From the NCBI RefSeq assembly GCF_009914755.1, contig NC_060939.1: a DNA stretch of 64,000 nucleotides; one strand, 5' to 3'. Shown in pieces: positions 45,108-64,000 of this stretch. Both the position numbers and the translations under genes were made by a program. The DNA is from the human T2T-CHM13v2.0 reference genome, Homo sapiens. Each line of letters begins with the position of its first letter. Position 1 is the stretch's first letter. The notes beneath the pieces are model-generated. The model made no database searches. It saw nothing but the letters and a program-made list of their open reading frames with translations, and was not told where the DNA came from.

Positions 45108-45287
45108 ATCTGATGGCTTTATAAGGGGTTTTCCACCTCTTTCTTGACACTTCTACTTGCTGCTGCCATGTGAAGAGGGATGTGTTTGCTTCCCCTTCTA
45201 TCATGATTGTAAGTTTTCTGAGGCCTTCTCAGCCATGCTAAACTGTGAGTCAATTAAAACTTTTTCCTTTATAAATTACACAGTCTT

Positions 45288-45598
<311 letters not shown>

Positions 45599-46190
45599 AA
45601 ATTACCCAGTCTCAGGCATATCTTATGAGCAGTGTGAGAATGGGCTAATACAGCTTCTTTCACTTAGTATAATGATTTCAAGGTTCATCCAAGTTGTAAC
45701 TTGTATCAATACTTCATTCCTTTTTATTGATGAATGATATTTCATTATATGTGTATGTCTCATTTTGTTATCAGTTGATGGACATTTGTGCTGTTTCTAA
45801 TTTTTGACTATTATGAATAATGCTGCTACGAACATTGGTGCGCAAGTTTTCTGTGCATATATTTTAATAACACTGTAAAAGTGTAAAAAGTTAAGTGAAT
45901 TAGACAAGTATTTTCATAAGCATAAAACAATATATGAATAGAAAGTATTCCGGCATTTTAATTTAAATGTTTTATGTCTTTCCACTTTATTTCTTTATGC
46001 AAATAGTTTAATCAATAAATATAAAAATAAACTGTAGATATACGGCCACGGAGAAAAAACCCAAACAGTAAAAAAGGATATATAGTAAATTATAAATCTC
46101 TGTCTTACCTTTGTCCCACCCCCAGAGCAAATACAGTAAACAGTTTCTTAGGTCCTTCCAGAATTATTTTCTAAAAATACCAGCATATAA

Positions 46191-46615
<425 letters not shown>

Positions 46616-46982
46616 TAATCTGAAATGAATTATCTATAACAACATATAAACCTGCCTCTTTTTAAACAGTAGATTAGGATTTCGTTGTATGAATGTATCA
46701 TAATTTACTTACTGCTCCACTGATGGGGTGTCCTGCCTTCTTCCTAGCTAAAAGAATTATAATTTTATTCAAATATTGGGTGACTATGTCTGTCAGGGAT
46801 AGACAGCAACTCCTCTCTCCCAGGGGCTGAATTTTGATTCCTCTAAGCCTTAGGGTAACACCATTTTCCTCACCAACAATGGGGTAGGAAATATGCACAT
46901 TACACAATTCTGGCCCAAGAGAAAAAGATCCAAAGTCTTCTGGAAAAAGGTTTTTTACTTTTTTAAAGGGATACTCAGCAAA

Positions 46983-47465
<483 letters not shown>

Positions 47466-48206
47466 TCAGTGTGCTTATTGTGAAGGCAGTTTTCATTGCT
47501 ACTTCAAGTCTATAACTTGAAGCTAAAAGCATCCTAAATGATACACTTTGTCAGAGGGGTCCCTCCTAAACCTCCTAGACTAAGTGATCCCCCAACCCTG
47601 TATTTACTCTCCGGTATCATTGTTTTCCCTTCCATAAAGCTCAGCACACTGGTAATAATTATGAGTTACCTGTTCACACTGGTCCATACTAGACAGTAAG
47701 TTTCATTGAGGGTAGGTACTGTGGCCATCTCATTAACAATCATAGCAAAGTGCCTGAGAAATAGGTATAGAAAAAAATCACGCCAAATTTGTGTGCGTAT
47801 GTAGGTAAGTTTTTTCCCCCTATCCATAAAAATACAAAAGAAAAAAAAACACATAGGAAATCCCAGAAAAGCATATTATCAGTGGTGGTTTATCGAGATG
47901 AAATTATGGCTGATTTTCATTTCTCTTTATTAAAAAAACTATCTTGCATAAGTTATATTACTTCTATAACATAATATAAACATACACTTGCATATATATA
48001 CATTACATAAATCTAATATATTGAGTATGAATGCTAAAAATATACACAGAGCACCTGCAGAATGTAGGAAATGGGGTGAGGCTTTTTCAGATGCCCAAGC
48101 ACAATTCTTATGCACAGAGTAAATAACATGTGCATTGCACCTAATGTGTTGCACTTTTTTCCCTCTAAGCATGTAAAGTGTAGATTTTAATTATAATTTG
48201 CTATTT

Positions 48207-48509
<303 letters not shown>

Positions 48510-49089
48510 ATAATTTGCTATTGAGCACTAACTTCAACTTGGAGTTTCCCGTTTGTGTTGTCAATAACAGTTTTTCACAAAAACTTTTTTTGAACTTCAT
48601 GTTTTCTCAAAGATATAAAACTGCCTTCAACTTCTGACCACAATTTCCATTTGGCCGAATGCCCAAGAACCAAGTTTTTGCTGTAATATGTTATCTCAAC
48701 AGACATTTTTATGGCGAATACATTCAGTTCAAAACATTCTGGGCTATATAAAAATGATGATATAAATGACAAAGAGGAAAATAGAGGACCACACATAATA
48801 ATGTCCTTTGCACAGAAGATATTTCACCGTATGTTTTCAGTTTTTTTCTAAGCATAATGAATTAGCATTGATCCACACAAATTTATCTAGTTATCCTTAT
48901 AATAAAATAGCAGAATTTCTAATTGAAACAAATGTGTAGCCTGTGATCCCAAAAATGAAGTAAATATTTGGTAAATGTAACTAGCTAAAACATTTGGTAA
49001 TAGGGAAGTTATAGAAAATAAAATAAAAAATAAGGAAATGGCAGTAGAGTCCTAATCCTGATTTGTCAATTACAAATAGCCTTCTTTCA

Positions 49090-51850
49090 AGACAAAAATA
49101 AATGGAAAGACATCCTGTGTTCATGGATTGGAAGAACTTAATATTGTTAAAATGTCCATACTATCCAAAGTAATCCACAAATTCAATGTTACACTCACCA
49201 AAATTCCAATGGTACTTTTTAAAGAAATAGAACACATAATCCTAAAATTCATACAGAACTACAAAAGACCCTGCATCTTGAGAAAGAAGAACAAAGCTAG
49301 AGGCATAATAGTTCCTGATTTCCAAATATATCACAAAGCTACAGTAATTAAAACAGTATGACACAGGAATTAAGACAGACAGAGACGGATGAAATAGATA
49401 GCTCAAAAATAAACCCAAGAAATACAGTCCACTGATCTTTGACTCAGGTGCCAAGCATACACAAAGGGGAAAGGACAGTCTCTTCAACAAATGGTGGCCA
49501 GGCGCAGTGGCTCACACCTGTAATCCTAGCACTTTGGGAGGCTGAGGTGGGCAGATAATGAAGTCAAGAGATGGAGACCATCCTGGCCAACGTAGTGAAA
49601 CCCTGTCTCTACTAAAAATACAAAAATTAGCTGGGCATGGTGGCGTGTGCCTGTAGTCCCAGCTACTCAGGAAGCTGAGGCAGGAGAATCATTTGAACCT
49701 GGGAGGTGGTGGTTGCGGTGAGCCGAGATCGTGCCACTGCATTCCAGTGAGACTGTCTGAAAACAAAACAAAACAAAAAACAAAACAAAAAAACAACAAA
49801 TGGCTTGGGAAAACTGGATATCCATACGCAAAAGAAAGAAATTGACCCTTATCTTAAAACAAACACAAAAATAAACTCAAAATGAATTAAAGACACAAAC
49901 AAGACCCGACACTGTAAAACCCATAGAAGAAAACAGAGAAGAAGCTTCTTGACTTTGGTCTTGACAATGACAATGATTTTTTGGGTGACACCAAAAACAA
50001 AGGCAATGAAAGCAAAAATTGACAAGTGCGGCTACATTTAACTAAAAAGCTATATGACAAAAGAAACAATCAACAAAGTGAAAAGGCACCGTACAAAATG
50101 GGAAAAATATTTGCAGACCATGTATAAGATAAAGAGTTGATCTCCAAACTTCAAAATTACATACAAAAGGAACTCCCATAACCCAATAGTAAAAAAAAAA
50201 CAAGCATCAACAACAACAACAATAACAAAATAAAATAAACTCCCAGGCACAGTGGCTCATGCCTGTGATCTCAGCACTTTGGGAGGGCAAGGCAGGAGGA
50301 TCACTTGAATCCAGGAGTCTGAGACCAGCCTGGGCAAAACAGTGTGTCACTACAAAAAATAAAATAAAATAAAAATGGTGGTGCGTGATGGTGTGCACCT
50401 GTGTTTGCAGCTACTAGGGAGGCTGAGGTAGGCCATCATTTCAGCCTAGAAGGTTGAGGCTGCAATAAGCCATGATTGTGCCACTGCGCTCCAACCTGGA
50501 TAATAGAGTGAGACCGTGTCTCGAAAACAACAACAACAACAAACAAACAAACAAAAAAACCCACCACCAACAATAATATGGTTTGGCTCTGTTGCCCACC
50601 CAAATCTCATCTCGATCCGTAATCCCCACGTGTCAAGGGAGGGAACTGGTGGGAGGTGATTGGATCACGGGGGCAGTTTCCCCCATGCTGTTCTCATGAC
50701 AGTGAGTTCATTCTCTGGAGATCTGACAGTTTTACAAAGGGTTCCTCCCCCTTCACTTTCTCTTCTGTCTCCTACCATCTTGTGGAGAAGGTGCCCGCTT
50801 CCTGTTCATCTTCTGCCATGACTGAGGCCTCCCCAGCCATGTGGAACTGTGAGTCAGTTAAACCTCCTTTGTTTATAAATTACCCAGTCTCAGGTAGTAT
50901 CTTTATCATAGTGTGAAAACGGACTAATACAAGCAACAAAGAACCTAATTTAAAAAATGAACCAAGGACTTCAACAGACATTTCTCCAAAGAAAACAAAC
51001 AAATGGCCCACTCTTTATGTAAAAAGGTGCTCAAAAATCACTAATCATCAGGGAAATGCAAATCAAAACCACACCTGTTAGGATGACTATTACAAAAATT
51101 TTTAGATTTTTTTAGTTAACAAGTTTTGGTGAAGATGTGGAGAAACTGGAATCCCTGCACATGTTGGTAGCAATGTAAAATGCTCCAGCCTCTACAGAAA
51201 ATAGTATAGCCTCTATAGAAAACAGTATAAAGGTTCCCCAAAAAATTAAAAAGTAGAACTACTGGATCATCCAGCAATCCCACTTCTAGGTATGCAGCCA
51301 GAGGAAATAAAATCACTGCAATTAAAGTTATCTGCCCTCCCACGTTCATTACAGCATTATTCACAGTAGCCAAGATATGGAAATAATCTAAATACCCATT
51401 GAAGGATACATTAAGAAAATGTGACATATACATACAATAGAATATTATTCAGCCTTCAAAAAGGAAACCCTGCCATTTCCAACAAAATGGATGAACCTTG
51501 AGGACACTACCCTAGGTGAAATAAGCTAGTCCCAGAAGAACAAATACTGACTATCTTACTCACAAAAAGTATCTAAAATAGTCAAATTCATAGAAGCAGA
51601 GAATAGAATGGTGGTTTAATACTATATTATACACCAAAACCTTTGTGAAGAGGGTACATATCAAGTGTTCTTACCACAAAAAAGGGGGTGATAGGAGGAA
51701 ACTTTTGGAGGTGATGGATATGTTTATGACTTTGATTGTGGTGATGGTTTCACAGCTGTATGCATATGTTTAAACCTATCAAACTGTATGAATTAAATAT
51801 GTGCAGGCTTTTTCTATATGAACTATACCCCCAATAAATCAGTTAAAATT
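49090..51850 (+). mobile_element. Old L1M (MA/MB) ORF2 3' half plus 3' UTR, hosting two Alus (49496-49797, 50243-50560) and an MST LTR
   Basis: Peptide [17 protein letters not shown]...[15 protein letters not shown]; degenerate 3' UTR. Confidence 0.8.
50574..50931 (+). mobile_element. MST (MSTA-like) MaLR solo LTR
   Basis: TAATATGGTTTGGCTCTG...GGACTAATACA; imperfect 5-bp TSD AACAA/AGCAA. Confidence 0.85.
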
Positions 51851-51899
51851 TTGTTTAAATGGCTTATTTTTCTCATTAACATCTCTAATTCCAAAGTAG

Positions 51900-51940
51900 T
51901 CCTTCCTCCCTCTCTCCCTCCTTCCTCCTTCCCTCCTCCC

Positions 51941-51976
<36 letters not shown>

Positions 51977-52248
51977 CTCTGCCTCTCTCTGTCTCTTTCT
52001 TTTGGGACTGTCTCACTATGTTGCCCACGGTATCCTCGAATTCCTTGGCTCAAAGAATTGTCTCCCATGTCAGCCTCCAAAGTAGCTGGGTCTATAGGTG
52101 TGTGCCACCATGCCTTGTGAAGAGGGTCGTTTTTTTTTGGTAGAGATGGGGTCCCACTATTTTGCTCAGGATGACCTTAAACTTTTAGGGGGCCCACCCT
52201 GGCCTCTCGAAGTGCTGGTATTATAGGCATGAGCCACCATGCCAGGCC
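51900..52248 (-). mobile_element. Degenerate AluJ with a (CT)n / polypyrimidine-derived tail
   Basis: (CT)n at about 51945-51995 followed by antisense Alu remnant. Confidence 0.75.
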
Positions 52249-52369
52249 AAACATTCTTTCTAATAAAAGAATAAGATCATCAAAAAGAATGGCAATATTT
52301 TTAAATTATAAGCACCTTAAATTTTTTAAAATAAAAAATAAATTATAACATTAATTCCTCTAACAGATA

Positions 52370-53761
52370 TCCATATTTTCTGTTTCTACTTATATTGGTT
52401 TTAGTATATTTTGGCTTATAAGAATTTATCCATTTAAACTGAGTTGTTAAAATTACAGGCATAAAATTAGTTACAATATTACCTTTTAAAAAGTATCTGT
52501 AGGTTCCCTCCTCTGATTCCTAATATTGGTCATCTGAGTACTCTCTCTGTCTCTCTCATATAAGGCCAGCTGTTGTATATCAATTTCATTAATTTTTTTG
52601 AAGATCCATCCTTGGTTTTATTTATTTTCTCTACTTTTTGTCCATTTTCTTGTCCATTGATTTCCACTCTTATTTCCTTCCTTCTTTTTCTTTAAAGAAC
52701 TTAAGGTGGAAGCTTAGATCATTGATTTTGAATATTTCTTCATTTATATACAAGTATTTAAAGGTATAAATTAATCTCTAAGCACTGAAATAGCTTCATC
52801 CCACATTTGGTATGTTATGCTTTAACAATCAATCAGTAAAAATGCTTGTTAATTTCCCTTTTATTTTCTTTTTTGATCCATGGCTTATTCAAAAGAAACT
52901 TGTTTAATTTCTAAACATTTGTGATATACATACGTGTGTTACTGAATTGTAACTTAAATCTGCTGTGATCAGAGAACATACCCTGTTAAATTTCTTTTTT
53001 TTTTTTTTTGAGACAGAGTCTCACTCTGTCACCCAGGCTGGAGTCCAGCAGCACAATTTCAGCTCACTGCAACCTCCGCCTCCCAGGTTCAAGCGATTCT
53101 CGTGCCCAGTCTCCCAAGTAGCTGGTATTACAGGTGCGCACCATCACACCCAGCTACTTTTTGTATACTTTTTTTCTTTAGTAGAGGCGGGGTTTCATCA
53201 TATTGGTCAGGCTTGTCTCAAATTCCTGACCTCAAGTGATCTGCCTGCATCGGCTTCCCAAAGTGCGAGGATTATAGGCGTGAGCCATTGCGCCCAGCCA
53301 ATCCTGTTGAATTTCAATCCTTTTAACTGTACTGAAACTCGGTTTGTGGCCCAATATGTGGTCTATCTTGGTAAATGTTCCATGGGCATATAAAAAGAAT
53401 ATACACTTGGGTATTAGCTGTAGTGTACTATACATGTCAAACAGGTTAACATGATTGGTAGTGTTGTTCAAATCATCTATATATTTACTATTTTTTTTTT
53501 GTCTAGTTGTTGTATCAGTTACTAGAAGTGGTAAAATCAACTATTGTGGATTTGTTTATTTATTTAGTTCTGTCAATTTTGACTTCGTAATTTTAAAGAT
53601 TACTAGGTCCATACACATTTCAGATTGTATGTCTTCTTGTTGAATTCACTCTTTATAATCATGAAATGCCCTCTTTATCTCTGGCAATACTGTCCTGAAG
53701 TCTAATTTGGCTAATGTTAATACAACCATTAACATATTTTTTCTGGTGTTTGTATGGTATC
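52370..53761 (-). mobile_element. Old L1M ORF2 (endonuclease region), antisense, hosting an AluS (52995-53299)
   Basis: Minus-strand peptide [15 protein letters not shown]. Confidence 0.75.
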
Positions 53762-55446
53762 TCATATGGTTTGGAATTATGTCTCTGCCAAAATCTCATG
53801 TCAAATTGTAATCCCTAATGTTGGAGGAGGGGCCAGATGGGAGGTGACCGGATCACGGAGGCAGACTTCCCCCTTGCTGCTCTGGTGATAGTAAGCGACT
53901 TCTTATGAGATTTGGTTGCTTAAAAGTGTGTAGTACTTCCCCCTTCATTCTCCTCCTCCTTCTCTGGCCATGTTAGATGAGCCTGCTTCCCCTTCACCTT
54001 CTGTCACAATTGTTAAGTTTCCTGAGGCCCCCTCATCCAGGCTTCCTGTACAGCCTGTGGAACTGTGAGTCAATTACACCCGTTTTCTTTATAAACTGCT
54101 CAGTCTCAGGGAGTTCTTTATAGCAATGCAAGAACAAACTAATACAGAAAATTGGTAATGGGAAGTCAGGCATTGCTATACAGATACCTGAAAATGTGGA
54201 AGCAAGTTTAGAAGTGGGTAATGGACAGAGGTTGAAACAGTTTGGAGAGATCAGAAGAAGAAAGGAGGATGATGGAAAGATAGAATTTCCTAGAGACTTG
54301 TTGAATGGTTGTGACCAAAATGCTGATAGTGATATGAACAGGAAAGTCCAGGCTGAGGTGGTCTCGAAGACAAGGAATCTTTTGGGAACTGAAATAAAGG
54401 TCCCTCTTGCTATGCTTCTACAAAGAGACTGGCAGCATTGTGCCCCTGCTCTAGAAATCTGTGGAACTTTGAACTTGAAAGAGATGATTTACGGTATCTG
54501 GCAGAAGAAATTTCTAAGCAGCAAAGTGTTCAAGAAGTGGCCTGGCTGCTTCTAACCATATGCTTATATGCATTCACAGAAATGATCTGAAACTGGAACT
54601 TATATTTAAAAGGAAAGCAGAGCATAAAAGTTGGGAATATGTGCAGCCTGATCATGTGGTAGAAAAGAAAGCCCCATTTTGTGGGGAGGAATTCAAGCCA
54701 GCTGCTGGAGCTGAATGTTCATAGCCAAGACAATGGGGAAGATGCCTTGAATGCATTTTAGAGATCTTTGTGGCAGCTCCTCCTATCACAGCCCCAGAGG
54801 ACTAGAAGGGAAGAATGATTTCATAGACCAGGCCCAGGGCCCTGCTGCCCTACACAACCTTGGGACACTGCTCTCTGAGTCCCAGCCACTCCAGCTCCAG
54901 CTGTGGGTAAAAGGGCCCAGATATGTCTCAGGCCGCTGCTCTAGAAGGTTCAAACCGTAAGTCTTGGTGGCTTTCACATGGTTTTAAGCCTGCAGGTGGG
55001 CACAGGGCAAGAGCTGAGGCTTAGGAGCTCTTCCTAGATTTCAGAGGATGTATGGAAATGTGTCGATATCCACACAGAAGTCTGGATATCGCAGGGGCAG
55101 AGCCCTCATGGAGAACTTCTATTAGGGCAGTGTGGATGGGAAATGTGGGACTGGAGTCCCCACACAGGGTTCCCACTGGGACACTGCCTAGTGGAGCTGT
55201 GAGAAGTAGGCCACTATCGTCCAGACCCCAGAATGGGAGATTGACTAACCGCTTGCACTGTTTGCCTGCAAAACCCTTAGGCACTCAACACTAGCCTGTG
55301 AAAGCAGCTGAAGGGATTGTACCTTGCAGAGACACAGGGGTGGAGACACCCAAGGCCTTTCGGAACCCACCCCTTGCATCAGTGTGGCCTGGATGTGAGA
55401 CACAGAGTCAAAGGAGATTATTTTGGAGCTTTAAGATGTAATGATT
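53762..55446 (+). mobile_element. MST MaLR 5' LTR (53762-54146) plus internal sequence (54147-55446), truncated at the L1
   Basis: LTR ends ...AACTAATACA, then GAAAATTGGTA...GATACCTGAAAATGTGGAAGC typical of MaLR-int; no 3' LTR found. Confidence 0.88.
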
Positions 55447-61394
<5,948 letters not shown>

Positions 61395-62802
61395 TACATA
61401 TGTTTCTAAGAAAAATGTAACAAAATAAGTAAAATAAAACAAAAGTATAAATAAATAAATAACTCAACAACTTGGGAATTTAAAAACACTCTCCTAACCA
61501 ACACTTGTGCCAAAAAAGCAATCAAAACCAGACATTATCAAGTCTGGAATTTATTCTGGTTAAATAGTAAAAACAGAAATTTAGCTTCATTTTTCTTCAT
61601 TTGACGATCCAATTGATTCAATACCATTTCCTCAAGAATCCAAAATTTCCAAACCGATTTAAAAGGTTGTTTTTATGTCATACTACATAGAGTGGGGAAA
61701 ATCTTACTCCAAACCAAAAAAACAGAAGCAACTTAATTGATGCCTTTGGCTGGATCTTCAGCAACAGCTTCCTTGCCCTTAATGTCAGCAATTTCTTCCC
61801 TTCAAATTCACTTTATTAAAATTGAACAAAAGAAGACAAACAAAAAATCTTTAAACATGAAGTACAGAAGAACGGCTTCTGTTTTCCTTACTGAAATCAA
61901 GTATGGTACCACAGAAGCCTCCAGAGAGGCTGGTGTTTCAGGAATGATCTGCCATGTCAAATGCTGCAAAGAGCATGAGTAAGATGAGATAAGATGAACT
62001 TGGCAGCAGGGAAGTCACTGGTGACCCGAATAACAGCAGTTTCATTTGAGTGATGGGGATTTAGAGTACAGTGGGTTAACGAGCGTCCCGGAGAAGCAGA
62101 AATGACGAGGGCAGACAACTCTCCCATGAATGTTCCTTATTCAGGTGAACAGAGAAACGACTCAACAGCTAAAGGGGAATATGGGGTCAAGGAAGAACAT
62201 TTTAGGGATGATACAAGTGGGAATAATCCAGAGAGGGGAAATTCCTAAAATGCATCTCTACCACTGCTCTGGTAGGGTTTCGATTCTGGCAACAGTAAGT
62301 ACTCTGATATTAAATAGGTACAAGGAGACACTGTCAGTCTGAGGGCCTTGCTGAGGAATTGGAAATAACTGCTGATTGGAATTTGCTTTTATGGTAAATG
62401 AGGCAGATGGGGTGGAAAGGCAGCAATGTCAATGACGTGTGGATAAAAAGAAATGCATTCACTTGATAGGCCCTAATCTGTTTAATAATAAATGACTGGG
62501 GAGACATAAATATAATTTGCATCATCTTTATGAGAAAACACTGAATCTGCTCAACTGGAGTAAGACTACTGTACAGTCTCTAAATCAGTTTTACTAGAAT
62601 AAGATAATTCTAGTCTTTTACCTCTCCATTATCTTACATTTATGTTTTTTATAAGACAAAATTTCAATTCCTTTTGTATTTTCACAACTTTAGGCAAATT
62701 CTGAGATACATCTTCAAATATTAAAAATGAGAATTTATCATTCTAACCTCCTAAGAAAAAAACTTACTTTTTCCACTTTAGTAAAATAAAATATATACTT
62801 AC

Positions 62803-62841
62803 TCTGAATAATATTTCTTCATTCCACTTTGGATTCAAACT
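62803..62841 (-). CDS. NEDD4: NEDD4 coding exon (SLNPKWNEEILFR), 39 nt
   Basis: TTTTTAG|AGTTTGAAT...TTCAGA|GTAAGT; C2-domain NPxWNE motif; separated from the previous exon by a 96-nt intron; phase 0-0. Confidence 0.95.
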
Positions 62842-62937
62842 CTAAAAAATAATAAACATAGTATAACTAAATAAGGTTTTGTCTTATAAAAATAAAACAA
62901 AGTACATTAAAAACTTTTGAATATTGCTAAGTCTAAC

Positions 62938-63016
62938 CTTTTTAATGGTTTTTGTTTGCACACTTGTAAGAACTCCATTCATTGGGTCATATAACGTCAC
63001 TCTCACGTAAGGATCA
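62938..63016 (-). CDS. NEDD4: NEDD4 canonical-isoform coding exon (C2 domain, (S)DPYVRVTLYDPMNGVLTSVQTKTIKK), 79 nt
   Basis: Minus strand reads poly-T...AACAG|TGATCCTTACGTG...ATTAAAAAG|GTTAGA; translation matches the NEDD4 C2 domain; starts phase 2, ends phase 0. Confidence 0.95.
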
Positions 63017-63472
63017 CTGTTAAAAAAAAAAAAAAAAGAAAGAAAAATTTTAATTATTGCTTACCCCAAGCTCAGATTACCCAGACTATAAAATTCACAG
63101 TTTTCCTTGTTAGTTATATCTACAATTATTTCCTGAATTTAAAAGTCAGGATTCTTAGGCAGGTAAGCAATTAAAGTAATTTTTGCATCTCGTTAAAAAC
63201 CTGAAGTACCATGTTAGTGAAAGACACAAAGAACTAGAAAGAAAACCTTTTAATCACAGGCCTAATGATTATAAGCTTCCTAGATTTTTAAAATTTTGTT
63301 TGATTTTTATTACATTCTTTCTTCTTTTGAGATAAGATGGTTAATTCAATGATTCTGACGCTGGTTTTGTAAGACTTCAGGTTGTCTCAAGTTATCTCAT
63401 GGGTGTAAACTCTTCTTATAAAGTAAAGGCAAACTGCTTTCACTTAAAAAAAAAAAAACAAAAACTAGGTGT

Positions 63473-63788
<316 letters not shown>

Positions 63789-64000
63789 CTAGGTGTTATG
63801 TAACCACTTCTACAAGGAGCATGGAGAAGGAAATTCTTGTGATATATAGGGTTGTAAACCACAAGACTTTGGACACTTTACTTGTCCATTGTTAAATTTC
63901 TCCTGTTTTCCTCGGGTATCCAAAGTACTCACCATTCTCCACGAAGTACCCTCCAAACTAATCCAAACTATCCTTCCCCCAACTCCATTTCCTCATACCA

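Noticed and set aside
61700-61810. Purine-rich minus-strand stretch (EEIADIKGKEAVAEDPAKGIN) as a cryptic exon
   Set aside because: Ends in a stop, acceptor lacks an adjacent pyrimidine tract, no recognisable homology

Overview
Human (hominoid) genomic DNA, AT-rich and dense in transposable elements, lying entirely inside the minus-strand NEDD4 gene (HECT E3 ubiquitin ligase; recognised from the peptide sequence, chr15q21 from memory). Three small C2-domain exons of the canonical isoform are present (63016-62938, 62841-62803, 36118-36065). The large alternative first coding exon (ATG 28248, donor after 26701, 516 codons) encodes the Ser-rich N-terminus of the long, C2-truncated isoform and has its own TATA/AP-1/octamer-like promoter. 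The rest is intron: about 30 Alus (one AluYg6-type), a near-full-length L1PA5/6-like element with an open ORF0, two truncated L1PAs (one with a twin-priming inversion), older L1M/L2, MaLR/ERVL LTRs and MER DNA transposons. I see no new biological system. The best leads are: (i) an intronic L1 antisense promoter/ORF0 pointing in the NEDD4 sense direction; (ii) an apparent deletion or recombination at that L1 (no TSD, host MST element never resumes); (iii) three AUGs in three frames at the long-isoform start; (iv) a young AluYg6; (v) locally templated palindromic knots. Repeat subfamily calls are by eye from remembered consensus sequences, and repeat boundaries are approximate.
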